Assembly: GCA_900088475.1 (NCBI GenBank)
Contig: FLMG01003999.1
Location: 1-64,000, forward strand
Direction: 5' to 3'
DNA from: Hyphochytrium catenoides
Taxonomy: Eukaryota; Protista; Hyphochytriomycota
DNA length: 64,000 nt
Every line of letters begins with the position of its first letter. Positions within the stretch are counted from its first letter, which is position 1. Below are positions 1 to 14,086 of this stretch, one piece after another. Both the position numbers and the translations under genes were made by a program. The notes under the pieces were generated by a model. The model was given only the letters and a program-made list of their open reading frames with translations, ran no database searches and had not been told where the DNA came from.

Positions 1-852
1 CCCCCCCCTTTCTCTGTCTGTCCATCATCATTATCCCTCCTGCGGTGTGCTGGCGGGACAGACGGCAGAGCTGGCTGCTGATCGCTTCTGCGAGCTCGCT
101 CCTCCTCTTCCTGCTTCTCTCTCCGTCCTCCTCCTGCTCTCTCTTCGTCCCTTCCCTTTCCAGATGGTTCAGGGTGGTGGCGGCCTCCTCATCATGATCT
201 TCTCCCTGTGATTTGCTGCTGCTTCTCACGACTCCGGTCATGCACCTTCCTCTGCTCTCCCTCTCAGATCCGCCGGCTTTTATATCTGTTGGTACCTGTT
301 GCTGTCATCGTCAATGGCAGCGTGCCTTCTTCCTACTGTTAGTAGGTCCCATCTGCGTGATCTTCTCTACCAACTCGTCTCCTGGCACTTCCCACTTTTA
401 CGCTTTACTTATGATTGGCACTGGGGTCTTTTTATCCAAGCCCAGCGTGAGCCTGCGGTTCGATGAATAATATTTGTGCCCTCTCCGATGAAGTGGTAAG
501 GGAGGCAGAATGCGACGCAACGCGGCTGCTAGTCTATTAGTGGGTGTTTGATAAGGGTCGCAGCTGGAAGGCTTCCGAAACCTATTTCTTCCTCATCTAA
601 CAACGAGCTATCTATACAATTACAGCTTTCCTGCCATTCCTTGCTGCTGGAACTCGTTCTGTGGGCTTGAAAAGGGCTACCAGCGAAGTCAACGAGTAGC
701 CTGATGAGGATAGATTGGCATCTTCTGCACTCAGTCCGGCCATTAGAGCCATTCCAGTCACCTCTTTTCTGAACATTAGTTTATGAGTACCAGCAGTGTC
801 ATCATATTGGAGGAGCTCTGAATAACTTTCCACTTCCAAGCTTTTCCAAAAG

Positions 853-3800
853 ATGACGACCAATCGCCAACTTCCTACAAGATCATCCATTATCAACGCA
901 GAGAAGGCTCTTGCAAGCGGGACTGGAGGGCGAAAGCGTTCTTCAATTATGCAGGCTCTTGATGATGCGCCGATTGCCCTTACCGAAGGGATGAGAAGAA
1001 ATCGTGCGGCGAGGGTGATCCAGCGAGCGATTCGCAGATGTTATGCCCGGAGAAGACTATCTTATCAGCGCTTTTTGCGACAGAAAGCCTTCAGTATGCT
1101 CATGGAGTATCGCAAGCTCTCAGATCGCCAAGCCTTAAGATCCATCAATCTGCGGTTGCTAAAACGGCACGAGCTGGTTCAGCTCTGCTGGAAGCTGGAC
1201 TTGGTTCCAATCGGCAAGAAATCTGATCTCATTCTTGCCATTGAAAATTGGATCAACCTGCCACAAAGAGCCCACGATGTTGGAGTCTTGGCTGCTGCCA
1301 AAGCGATGGAGACTGTGGAGCACGGTAGGATTTCCAGACGGTCAAGGTTAGCAGTCGTTTCATGACTAATGAGCTTCGGGTCTCTCCATGCTGCCCCGTC
1401 TTCTATAGGATGGGCGGTGTATACGTTACCAGAGGACTTTGCATCGCTGCGTGAGAGCTGGCAGCCGCAGGAGGTAAAATCCTTACGGGACCTCCACGTT
1501 ACACAGATCATAGCGGTGCGTCTGGCTGGGGCAAAAGAGAAGATTTCTGCTCATCATAGTGGTTACTGGAGCAACAGCTCCAACATATTTTAGACCTAAC
1601 CACCCTCCGCATCACGCAGAGCTAGAGCTAACCCTAGCGTCACGCAGAGCTATCACACTGGTGCCATATATACCATCGTAGGGGATACTGGCGACGTCCT
1701 ACTTTCTCGAACTGGCGGTGCTGCAGGAGACCCTCATCTCTGCCGCTCATCTTACTCTTACCAATGGGAGGTGGCTCCTTCGCAGGGCAATAGCTCTCCA
1801 AGCAGCAAACCAGATCTTCCCTGTAGTGAGTGGCTATTGGAGCCCTTGGCCGTTGCTAATCTGAAGAAGATCGCCATCATCCAAATGTCCATTAGTCATA
1901 TCGTGGCTGCCGCTGTATCTAAGGTGATTGTAGGGCCTAGAAAAACTGTCTTACCATCAGGCCCCTGTTGCGAGGTCCAGGTCCAGAAGCCTTCCGCTCC
2001 TAATCGTCTAAAACTCCATGCACGCCCTGCCTTCTCAACTAATGTCGTAGGATGGTGATCTCTTTACATGGGGTGACAGCCCTCACGGGGAGCTGGGTAC
2101 TGGCACTGGAGAGACATTGGAAAGCAGCCCCGTTAATAAACACAACACCGCATCCCGTGGCGCAACTAGTGCTACCGCTAACAATGAAGGTCGCCCAAAC
2201 AGCAGCTATAGCAGCGCAAGACCAGCTACGCAGGCCTCTGTCGTTTCAGGTGATTGTTCTCCTTAGAGAGGCCTACAACGAGCAAGACAAGGAGATAAAG
2301 AAGTGGGATGCCAAGGGAGTGACCAAGAGAGTTAGCTTCCGACTCTTACCATCCTGCTATTCTTCTCCTCATCGCTTGCCACCATTTATTAAGGTTCAGA
2401 GGACTTAGCTGGGCGGAAAGGAGCCACGACGACGCAAGAGCGAAATCCACCTTCAGCTGTACATAATCTGGCCCACTATCGCGTACGCCAGGTAAAAAGA
2501 CACCCCGTCCTGCGGAGGAACATAGGAGCAGCTTGATGTAGGATGACGGGACGGCAGAGGCTACTAAAGAGTAGCTAATAATCTATTTAATATCTAAGGG
2601 TTCCTCCTGCGATTTCCTCTCTTTAGGTGTCGGTCGGGCTTCACCACGTCGCTGCCGTCTGTGACAACGCGACAACGCAGGAGACCGGTGAGCAAGCGTT
2701 GCTTCGTCTTATATCTTTAAGATCCTTCGGTCATGACCGTTAACCTATCACGTGTCTCTTCGTACCATCGCCGGTCTGTCCTGGTCTCTAAAGGGCTTCT
2801 GATGGCCTGGGGCAACAATAATGTGAGACAGCTGGGGCTAGCAACAACTAAAAACCCGGATAACGGCATGTCGTACTTTCCTAGGCCAACAAGAGTCCCA
2901 GGTACCCTAGTCTTTCTAGCTTGGAGCCAAGCCTTCGTCGTCATTCTGTAAAGCTCATTGAAGGTATCCTTTGTCTTCCTAGGGCTCGGAAAGCCAATAA
3001 TCAAGGTCTCCTGTGGATCTGCGCACACTCTGGCACTTTCAGACACTGGATTGGTCTACTCATGGGGCTGTCCAGATGGAGGTAAGGGAAAGTATAATAG
3101 TAAGTTAGAAGCCTCTTTTGTTGCCGTATGTTACTCACTTTGCAACAAGACAACGGGTCCAAATGGAGGTCGCGTTAACGTGTCAGCCCTCCATAGAAAG
3201 TCAAACTTACCCACTCCGCGCTCTCACCATTCCACAAATAGGGAGGACCACTGGGAGCAATACTGACAAGGAAGAGTCAGTAGTCCACGACAATCCGGTT
3301 AAGCCAAGTCCGACCGCAGGATTTGTCACTCTTGTCGTTGGATTTCCTGCTGGCGCAACCGTAGTAGATATTTGCTGCGGAGCATGGCACAATGTAGCCA
3401 TTGTATCATGTCCCGTACGGACATCATTGCAAAATCCAGCCAGGGCAAGCAAGTCGGTTGATGCTCGTCAACCGGGAGTCGCCTCAAAAGGCGTGTGTCA
3501 GCTCGACTATCCTCCTCCTTCGGCCTCTTCTGTGGTGGAACGTCGCGTCTACACATGGGGCGCTGGGAGGTTTGGGCAGGTAGTTGGGATAGTGCAAGTA
3601 CTTTGTTTCTTAAGGGTTAACAACCGCCGCAACCCTGTATCCGTCCTTGCGGGCTGAGATTTGGTTTCCCCTATTGATATAGCTGGGCCAGAAGAACCTT
3701 CAGAGATCCGAGACTCCGGGAGCAGTGCAGTTTTTCACCGAAGCCGGCACAGACTATGATGAGGTACTCTTGCTGCTTATAATGATAGTCATCTCTTTGT

Positions 3801-6800
3801 TTCTTACTACGACCATATCATTAGCTCTGAACACTGTCACTCGACATTCAGAGAGGATAAACCAACACGTCTGTCGTAGGCAGGAGTCGCCGAGATTGTT
3901 GCTGGAAAGTATCAAACGGCCTGTGTGACCGCAAGTGGTCTCCTCTATGTTTGGGGCTCGTCTGCCTCCTTCGCACCTAGACCCAAAGTTGTAGAGCTTG
4001 GCGTAAGGGCGAGGACAATAGACATCTGCTCAGGTGGGTATATTGACTATCTAGACATGAATGTTGCTTTACTAGCCTACTCGAATCTACATCTTCTTCT
4101 CTGCTTTGCCGATGCCTTTCCCGCAGTGGGTTGCAGCTCCACCTTTGTAGCATTTGCAACCAAACCGCGAGAACAGAAAGCTTCGGACTTTGCCAAGAAC
4201 AAGCTTGGAAAGCAAGCTGCTCATATCAAGCGAGTGCTCCCTCAGCTGGATCTGTCAAAGTTAGTAGAAAGAGTGCCTCAACTAGTTCTTTTGTTGTCGT
4301 GTTTGTTCCTCGACTGATGACTTTTCTGTCGTCATTGTAGAGCCAAGAAACCGGAGGCAGAGCAGTTCATGGGAAAACTTCCGGAACGCCTCTACCCTCA
4401 CGCCGAGCAGTTAGCCTTAGCGAGGGAGGCCGCACAGGCTGAGAAGGAAGCAGAAGATACTCTTCTTGAGAAGCTTCGACCTCGCTGCAGGTGCTCCCCT
4501 CACTCAGACTAGCTGTTTCTGTTTATCTTAACTCGTAACTGCACCTCTACCCATTAGAGTGTCGTGGAAATGCATGGGATTCCTCTCCTCTCTCGAGAAC
4601 CCCTATGTCTGTCATGCATGTGGTTTTCACAGGTTCTACCATGGTACGTTAAGAGTGACAGCAGATCTAACGGGTGTCAAGCCCAAAATGCCATGAGCTT
4701 GTCGTCATCGTTCTTTTTAAGATTGGTGTTCATCACGATCACGATAGCTACCTCTTTAAAAGTGTCTGAGACTAATGTACACGGTAACTAGTTGCTGCTC
4801 TCTGAGTTCAAAAAGTAACAACAAACAATTCGCAGGCAAACGGACGGAGCCTTACACGGAAGGCGAGGCAGCACTTGTCATAAAGAAGGTGATGCTCATC
4901 GCGAGGGGGAAGAGGTAGGGAGCGATATTGAAACGATATTGAAACGACACCTTCCTTCCGTCACTTAACCTCGAATGCTTCTGAATGTCGACGAAACTAG
5001 GACGTTGAAGCGGATGATGGAATCGCGCTTTGAGAGGGTCCAGGATGGAGATACTGGGCGGGTCTTTTACTATGACACAATCAGGAATCGCGCATCTTGG
5101 TATCCCTTTCGAGAAATAAAAGATTCTGTGAGTACATCCTTTGTCAAGCTGGAGAGCACCCTTCTAAGGATAATAGGCAAGCATCTTAGCCGCATAGCAC
5201 GCCCTTGTAAGAGGGTTTATGCCGCTGAGTTTTCGCAAGGCGCTCCTCGCTTCGGTTGCTGTACAATGTCGATTTTCATCTCTCCCAGGATCAATTGAGC
5301 TGTTATCCTTGGTCCATAGGAAGTATCTCATCGGTAGCAATCGCGGACGAGGAGCCCCCCCAACACTATTTTCGCTCTGACAACTCGTGGGACTGCTCTT
5401 AACATTGCTCATCCTGCTGTTCCACTCCGTATTCAGGCCGCTCTCAAAATTCGGGACGCTTCTCTTCCTCCGGTAGCAGCACCATTGACTAATGAGCAGG
5501 TCAAGAAAACGCATTCCACTTTGTTGTTGATATGCAAAGGAGAAGGGCTTCATGCTTGGTAGAGGATACGTAGATAATGTAGACAGCGCAAGAGTACACT
5601 TCGCGGGGCGTTCACTTGAGAAGACATATTTACAGTTAGCGGTGGTGTCTCCAAGCTCAGACGTCCTTGGTTCCTTTGACGGTTCCCAGCTGAGAAGTGT
5701 GCTCCTTCTAAAATGGCTACTCCCTTTCGTGGCTTCGTAGGGCTCTTTGACACTGCAGTGCTTCTACCGAGTGCATCTGGCGAGGAAACGCTGCATTCAG
5801 GGGCTCATAGAGACGATAGACAAAATCATTGACGGAGATTCTGGCAGGTAAGGCGCGGGCAGCGATTAGCCTTAGGGCCAGATTCTGACTTTCCTTTTCT
5901 CCTTACTTGCCGTCGGTAGTAGAGTGTTTTATATTGTAAGACGAACAGGAGAGCGTTTCTTTCAGAAGCCTCACCTAATTGCCAAGTATGGAGACCATTT
6001 CCTCCACAAGGTGACGCTAAACCTTCAATCGAGGACAAGGAGGCACCCTTCTGACAAAGGGGGTGACTACTACGTCTTTGAGGACGAAGACGAGGCAGCA
6101 GAGATTATTCAAGGCCTATGGAGGATGAGGATCGCCAGAATCGAGTGCAAGCGGCGCGCCAGAAAGAGATTTCTTAGGATCAAGAGCTCAGACGAAGCGG
6201 GAGACTTTGTCTTCTACTACGATCCGGTCTACAGAGTAAGCACGATTGTCTTATGAAGCACTATGGTCCTGAACTTCACTCATTTATGGCATTCCTGGTC
6301 AACCATTTTCACTCTGTTTTTTTGTTTGGTGGTGCTCGGATTAACCTCAAGCTATCTAGCTCGTTCCATGCCCCCAACGTGGCGAAGACTTTCTTAAAGA
6401 CCCGCTGTTCGCTCTTTCGGGAAAGCTTATGACTCAATGCATCCTCTTTGGTTCTCATTGCCTTCTGACTCCACGGACCCGTGACACTTTTTCTGTACTT
6501 CTATACCTATCTCGGGTTCCTATACATTGCGCAGTGGAGACAGTGGGAGAAACCAAAGATATTGGGTGATGAGGAGGCTCCCGATGCTACGCCAGAGCTT
6601 CTGCAATTGCTCTCAAAGCAGCGAAGCGGGCTCAGTAGGCCCCTTTCTTCCTCCTCTTATGGCATGGCGCGCAGTCTCAGTGCAGACGTACCACCTATGA
6701 TGGCGGTTGAGGCTTCTGTTACGCCTCAGGGATTTACGAACTCGCAAGCGGAGAACGTTGCGTTGCATTCTGAAGGTCTGTCGCGGCCCACCTATTGGGC

Positions 6801-7501
6801 AAGTTCTTCTCTCTCAGGTTGCGCGGCCTCTTAAGTACACCGTACCTCGCGGCTGCGGCTTGTGTATATTCTTATTTTTGATCTAAGAAGGATTAGTCTC
6901 CTCTCTCACAAAGCACATATATTTTGAATTAGATATGACCGCAGTCGGACGTACTAAGGGCAACATTACCGAGTACCCTCAGATTGACAGCGAACGACCA
7001 ACGGAACTTCGTGTAAGTGAAGATCCGATAGTGGCGGCGACAAAAATTCAGAGCTACTGGACTATGGTCAGGACCAGAAGGTAAGCAATGACGTGGGACA
7101 ACTGACGCGCCTTCACTCGACATCTGCGGTTCCTGACCCAGCTCGTTCCGATCCACTTCTTTTCACAATATATTCCCCTAGACGAGTCAGACAGCAGTAT
7201 TGTGTCCGCTTTCTCAAGGTGTTTCATGAAGCAGCTGGCAGGTAGGAACAGAAAGTTGGATAGGAAGATTCATCGAACGAAAGCTTGCCACCCCCCCAAG
7301 CAAAGAGTCTTTACTTACTCCTAACGCTACTGCTTCCTGACCTAGCGCCTGATTGTCTAATTGCTCTCACATAGGTTCTACTTCTATGACAAGGAAAGAG
7401 GGGAGAGTCACTGGTACAAGCCCCCGTTTATAAGAGAGGAAGACATACAAGATGCTATGGATGAACAAAACGATGCGATCAGCTACCATTCTGGCCAGTA
7501 A
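853..7501 (+). CDS. Large multi-exon protein: IQ motif, SAP-like domain, RCC1 repeats, Cys/His zinc-finger-like motif, then alternating IQ and WW-like repeats
   Basis: IQ motifs AARVIQRAIRRCYARRRL and AAEIIQGLWRMRIAR. SAP-like LKRHELVQLCWKLDLVPIGKKSDLI. RCC1 repeats KVSCGSAHTLALSDTGLVYSWG, ICCGAWHNVA, VYTWGAGRFGQ. WW-like RVFYYDTIRNRASW and FYFYDKERGESHWYKPP. GT-AG introns link the frames; 3' end approximate. Confidence 0.8.
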
Positions 7502-7628
7502 CCGTTCTGTTATCTTGCCACACACTGATATAAATAGACAAGGAAGTTGCAGGAGGTAATGCGGACGCTATATAAGAGCAGGAACAGGAGACACGCCGTG
7601 GTACTTTGAGAGAAAGGGACTGTCATTA

Positions 7629-10600
7629 CTATTCTTCTTCCGGTTCTGAGTTGAATGAATCTTGATAAAGAGTCCCTGAAGCTTCAACAATATCCAGAGA
7701 TTGGACCAGCGTCTGCTGAGGGTCTGAAAGAAGATCATGTCGACCGCAAGCGTAGTGGGCCTAAATTCATGCACCATTAGATGGCCGGTTTGACAGGGTT
7801 TTGAAAGGCGGAGAGAGAACTACAATCCTACCACAGTTCCACTAGGAAAGCAGACAATTGGACCTCCATTTTCCATATTGCGCTTGCAAAAGTGGCAGGA
7901 ACTGCTGCCAGAGATCCTCACTGACCGTCGTTGGTGTCGGATAAGGCGATCGTGCATCTGGCCCAAAGTTACAAGAGAAAAGTAAGAATCTCCGTAAGCC
8001 ACCGCCCAAAACTGCCATTTCTATCACCAGAAAGTTCTCAAATCTGAGGAGGTTTTTCTTGACGGAGAGCTCCCGTTTCTTTCTCAGTAATAAGCCCATA
8101 ACAATCTCAAAGTATTCTTGCACCAGTGAAGGCTGAACCGTGCCTGGGATAGCTAGCAAAGCCTAGAGAGGCCAGTTAGAGAGAGCGCTCATCCAGCGGC
8201 ATTAGGCGACTTACATTCTTTACGTCAAAGCGTTGATGGTAGCGCACCAACATTTGCTTAGCCTGAAGAAGATGTCTGCCATAAAAAGGGAAGTCATAGT
8301 CTGATTGAAGAAGCACTTCCGTCCCTTTCACAAGTCTGTGTCTTCAGCTCCTTGTCACTCTTGTCTCTAATGCACTCCAGAATGGCCCTCCTTCCGATGG
8401 CGCTCTCTCTGGGTAGAGCACGACATCTACCCATTTTCCATTGTTCTTACGTTTCGGTTCCGACTTCAAAAAGAAGCTTGATAAGCTCAGTATAGATCTT
8501 CCCAACGTCCTGATCCTTCTCCCTTTTCAAGCAAACAAAGTTTACACAGGAGACATATAATCGTCTTAGAGTTGGATTAAGAGTGACTTACCGGCGCTCC
8601 TCGTAGTAGTCATCGCAATAACGGCGACAGCCCTCAAAGTCCTCTAATTCGCAAAGGAGTATGCTTAAGACCTCCCGGTGCCTTCCTAGCTTGCTAAGGA
8701 GAAGAGTCCTGCCATGAAACAGATAAAAAGAGAACTGAGAAACTGTAAGACATCTAATATGACACCTGGTAAACCTTTCAAGCCTCAATGAGTCTTCAAT
8801 CATCGCGAGAAGGTGCCCGGCTGAGTACAGCTTTGATCTCCGGAGGAAAGAGTCAAATAGCACACGAAGGGCTTCAAACCGTCTACGATGAGGAGTCTTT
8901 AGGGTTAGCTTTGAAACGCCTTCGTCCAGTCTTCCCCTCCATCATATACCTACTTGTCGTGCGGTTGTCGGCCTGGCAAGAGATTCTGCAAGCAGTCGAG
9001 GTGCATTATCCCGAAAGCTGTATGGAAGGGGGTATCCTTAGCGTAACCCCTAACAATCTAAGAGCCTCTCAGAATCTGCTTTTAGGAGATTAATGACGGA
9101 AGACTGCTCGCTAACCAGCTCATGTCCGAGAAGGACAGCCAAATCTTCCCCGTCTTGAAGTAGCAGAACCGCTCTCTCCTGTGCTATCCCTTCGAGTACA
9201 ATTTCTACAGAAGCTAGTCACTAATAGGATTCGATTGAAACAAAGAGGAGTCCTGACCTTGGGGAACTTTGACATCACAACTTCTCAAGAACGACAATAC
9301 TCCTTTCAGGCCGAGACTCTTAGTCAGAAGCGGTAAGGACGCCTTGTCTAGGGTATCAGTCCCAGTCTGATGATCTCTTTCTGACTCCTTGTGATCACTT
9401 AGCTTCTCTCTGACGTCTCTCGAAAATATGTCGTCATCTATGAAGTGTAGCACTGGTGCATATGGGGAAATGTTTCCAGCAAATACAGCGAGTCCTAGAA
9501 GTGGCCTCCTGGCTACTACCAACCGCGCGAAGTCCAGTGCGACCGCATTCTCAGTTGCGTCAAGAAGCTACACAGCTCGAAGAGTTAGCGCAACATTGGT
9601 GTTGCGTTACTAACGGAAGGCCGATATACCTGGATGTAGCCACTTATGCGGGCGATGTACTTCTCCTTTTCCTGAAGACAAGGTCAATAAAAATATATGC
9701 TGTTGAGACCTCTACTATGCGCACCGTCTCATTCTGCTCGCGCTCCTGTAACTGAAGGAGTAGTCCTAAAGCCTTACTATGTAGTCCCTGCATACGTAAG
9801 GTGAGCGCCAGGAGCTGGCGTTAGCAGCACGCGGTCCCTGCTGCTTACATGAACTACGAAAAAGAGAAGTAGCTCCTTCCATTTCCCTGTTACGCGCAAG
9901 AGCATTTCGCATTCCACAATATTGCACTGCCTTGTCGCGCTGAATGGGAGAAATAATTTCAGCGTCGGGTTATAGGCCCAGGGTGACTGAATATCGTGCC
10001 TTACGATAATGCGGGTGATAGCGGTTGGTTGAGCCGCTAGCACGGCGCACTTGACTAGTATAGTCTCCACCGTGCTGTAATCTTCCCGGGGTATTTCCTA
10101 AACGCATTTCCTCTTAGCTCCAACCGTGAGCTCGAGTCGGCTTTCGAGAGAAAGGTCCTACCGCCTCTAACAGCATCTCCAGATAAGGGAGAAGCGCTTT
10201 AACAATATCCATCGTAGCTTTGCTATCCAAACCTTCATTGCGCAAAAGACCTGCTGATCTACGGGAACGAGGAACGTGACAAGGATGTCTGCAGACAGGA
10301 GCATCTTCCCCCTACCAAATAAACATGTGCAAGATGAAGAGATTCCGGCTCGGGATCTTCTCTTACCTCGAGGAATAACCACTGGGAGCTAACGTACGGG
10401 GAAGCCATAAGACCACTTCGCGGAACGTTCTGGGAGGGCAATGCATCAAGTTGCTTACAGCCTCTTCAAATTGACCCTAGGGCTTCTTACGTTAGGTGAA
10501 TACTCTATAAAGATAACGAGAGCTATACCTTTTGAAAGAGTTCCTCTGCACGCTTGAAGTAGAGCTGCTGGGCCTCGGCCGGAGAGATCTGGCCAGCGAA

Positions 10601-12185
10601 ATTCATGCTAGTAAAGTAAAAGATATATCCGGCTTATAGAGGACCTACCCCTGTGGCATTTCCATGCATGGAGATCAGAGCAAGTGCTTCGGGAAGATTT
10701 CCTCTTGCGATGAACCTGGAGACCTGGGCAGACCAGCTCAAAAAAGTTCAACGGGGAAAGAATCTTGTTGGTATACCTTACCACTTCGCTTAGGTTGGAC
10801 ATCTTCAAGGTAGTGATGCCCTCAGAGCCGATCAGCAGCACCTCACCAGAGGCTGGCAAGGTGGTGCATGTGGACGGAAGCACATTGACCCTTTGTATTC
10901 GCTTCATACTGATAGCACTATGCACTTCTATCCCCTGAGCTTGCACAGTTATTACGTATGGGTGGGAGTATGTTGCACACGTTGGGGGACTGGAGAATGC
11001 CATTGTCGCTCCGGAGACGACGGACGTGGTCCGCAAGTTGAGAAGGAAACCTAAGAAGGTACGGGTTGACATTTTAACCTTCATAATAACTGCAAACTCC
11101 GGTTCGAACCTTTTCGCTCTACGCCTATAAGCAAGGCATTAATCCCTTGGGACGTAGCGGACCCACTTTCTATGGGCAAAATGAAAGACGCTGCAGATCC
11201 GCGTTGGATCTCTGGAGGCATCTGGTTCATAGCAAAGCAAGTTGCTTAACCAACGAGAAGCCCTCGGACAGAGTACGGACATCTTACAGCTATACTGACT
11301 CCGTCCTCGACAGCAATAGCAACAGTATCACGCTTCACTGAGAGAAATAGGGAATTCTGTGCCGCAACCATAAGCTTTGGCACGTCGTTCAGTGAATATT
11401 CCTGCCGACACACCGGGTAAGCCCCACATCCCCTACCGTGCCAAAGACTATTGATTACCTTGACTGGCACGAAGAGCCTACCATCAGATGTCCATTGATA
11501 TGCCTTCACGTGCTTTGCCCTTGCAACGAAGAGAAGGGCCGGGCCTAAGAGATAAGCCAGAGTGAGCTTAAAGTGTGGGGCGTGTATCAAGAAATGCATT
11601 CCACCTTCATCGATGCAAAAGATATCAACATCCTTCGCCTCAAAATCTGGCTGTTCTATAACCTCATGAGTCTGCAGGTCAAGGACGAAGAGGTAGCGAT
11701 CTTCCAACGGATTTGAGGGTAAATTTATGATGGCTACATTTATAAAGAGTATAGGTATTTACCGGCACGGGCAAGAATAACTCCCCAATTGGCTATCACC
11801 TGGATCTGCGATACCGTGAGGCGCTCCTTTGACAGCTTGATGCTGCCAGTAGGCCAGATGTTGTCTGAAGCTAGACTCAGTAACAAATAGTGTTCGTCCA
11901 TGTGTGTCGCCTATCTGACTTACCATCAACCAAACTCTCTTCAGAGTGCTTAGAGCTGTAGGCATATAGTAATATTTCCCCATTCTTCGTGCCGAGATAA
12001 AGTGTACATGGGCTAGAGTTTGGAGGATGAGCTCTTGCTGCCACTGCCGTCACTTTTCTGTTGAGGTCTGCGGCTACCTTGGCTGGACGGAAGATCTCTA
12101 CCTTCTTCCCATCGTCAGCGAAGCCATGTACCTCCTGTCCACTGGGAGAAGCGCTTTGGCTCCTATCCCCTCTCCATTGGAGCAT
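7629..12185 (-). CDS. Vps39/Vam6/TGFBRAP1(Vps3)-like HOPS/CORVET subunit (CNH propeller, clathrin-type repeat, C-terminal zinc finger)
   Basis: CNH-like LYLGTKNGEILLY and YSHPYVITVQAQGIEVHS. Vps39-type LLSKLGRHREVLSILLCELEDFEGCRRYC. C-terminal CHFCKRNM...IVCFPSGTVV|AHYAC. Many short introns; start approximate. Confidence 0.8.
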
Positions 12186-12873
12186 TTTCAATCTAATGGA
12201 GTGACTGCTGTAGCCTGCTATATCAGCATCTCTTTCTCAGCGATCTGCCTTGCGACTAGTAGAATGCTGAGCTCAAAATGCCACTGTCTCCCGCCTAACT
12301 CATACAGCTTGGCGCTTCTTCCCACCCATCTTAAGCTACAATCACTCAGATGGTAGCTCTAACAACAATGAGCAAGCGTACCAAGGTTGCGAAGTCAATG
12401 CCTTGTCTATATTATCTCTACTTGCTGTCTTTGCCCTTCCTCTTCATATAAAGGCAATCGCGCTGGCACGCTGGCAGGACAAGGCCATCTTGCTTGCAGC
12501 TTCATCCATCAGGGCGAAGCTCCAGCTTGTGAGCGAAGGGAAACACATCAAAGTCCAAGATCTTTCTTAGGCACCTGCAGAACTCCCCCCTGACACACTG
12601 GCTTTCAGAACATTAGGAAAGAAAGGGGCCAAAATCCACTTCCCTCCTCCCTCCCTCTCTCCCTCCAAGCTTCAGATTCTCATCAGATCCAAGAAAGATC
12701 CTTCTTCGGTCAACAGTCATCATCAGCGCCTCTCATCTCGACACTTAGCGACTTCCAGGCTTCAGCAACAACTGTGTACCTTCGAAGACGTAGCAACCAG
12801 TCAAAGACCTAGTCAAGAGGTCGTGCTTAAGTTGAAGGTTGTCGCCATCGTCTAGGGACCAAGCGATCTCAGA

Positions 12874-14086
12874 ATGCTAGGTAGAAGCATTGCCGTGGTA
12901 CTCTTCGGAGTTGTTGCAGCCTATGTCCTCCACATAATGAATCAGGGCCACTTCTTCGAGAAGGCAGTGCCGTTTAATACTGAGAATTGCCACCTTATGA
13001 AAAAAGGTACGTTCCATCATGACCTACTCAATGTCAAATGTATAGCTTATATGGATTCTACCTGTGTAGGTGCTGATGCGTGTGAGAGCCTAGGGCTTCA
13101 CAAGCCTTCAGGTACCGTCATACTGGCATGCAGCAGCAGAGCAAAGCGCACAAAATGGTGGCCAGCTGTAGCATTCTGGGGCAATGGCAGTGCATATCAT
13201 TTGGAAAACGATGGGTTATTCAAATATGATCCCAAGGTATCCTCCTAGCACCTGCAAGGCTGTTAAATGTGCTTTGGCTTAAGTACCTTGTAACTCACCT
13301 ATTACACTCCGTTCCCTCACCCTTTCACCCTTTCTGTGTCAGAATGATAAGCTTGTAAAGCTTGATATGCAAGGATTGAAGGGCGAGTTCCACGCTCATG
13401 GGATAGGCATCCTAGACGATGGAGATCAGGATGAAGTCACAATCATGGCGGTGAACCACAGGACCCCTGGGTCAGTCATTGAAATCTTTACCCATCGGGT
13501 GGGCACCAACACTGTGAANNNNNNNNNNNNNNNNNNNNNNNNNNNNNNNNNNNNNNNNNNNNNNNNNNNNNNCAACGTTGTTCTGCGAAAGCCTAGTGGC
13601 GAGCTGCAGGTGGTGGCAAAGAATATCAAGTATGCGAACGGAATCACTCTTTCCTCAGGAAGAGACCTGCTATTCGTCGCTTCTTCGACAGCACCCGAGG
13701 TCCTAGTATATGCCAGGAATGAGCGAACTGGATCTCTAACCTACAAGGAAGCTGTTCCTTTGGACTTCATTGTGGACAACTTGTGGACTGAACCTGATAC
13801 TGGAGCTATCTTTGCCACCGGGATGTGGCATGCATTTGACTATCTCTGGTTAGAGATGAACGCAAGTGATCCTTCTCGGGTTGTCGCAAGCAAAGTGGCC
13901 AGAATTGTTAACAACACTGAAGAATCTCGCTTCTTTGGCAAGAACTTTATGGTGGAACCCGTCCTGTTGACCCCTGGCAGCTTCTTTTCGGATGCCGTGA
14001 CCACCGTCTATGACAAAGCAACCAACAAAGCTATTATGGGCAGCATTTATAATGACGGAATTCTAGTTTGCGACAAATTTCTGTAA
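12874..14086 (+). CDS. Paraoxonase/arylesterase (PON-like six-bladed beta-propeller lactonase) with N-terminal signal anchor
   Basis: Hydrophobic N-terminus; motifs GADACES, FHAHGIG, AVNH, YANGI, VDNL. Assembly gap at 13519-13572 lies inside the CDS. Confidence 0.85.

Noticed and set aside
1-470. CT-rich start with an Glu-rich open frame on the minus strand
   Set aside because: Low complexity, an upstream in-frame stop and no start or motif; cannot be supported as a gene.
6237-6534. ~300-nt intron as a possible snoRNA host
   Set aside because: No canonical RTGATGA...CTGA pair with suitable spacing and no H/ACA layout.
11101-11110. GGTTCGAACC, resembling a tRNA T-loop/B-box
   Set aside because: No cloverleaf or A-box; it lies in a coding exon (KRFEPEF) of the Vps39-like gene.
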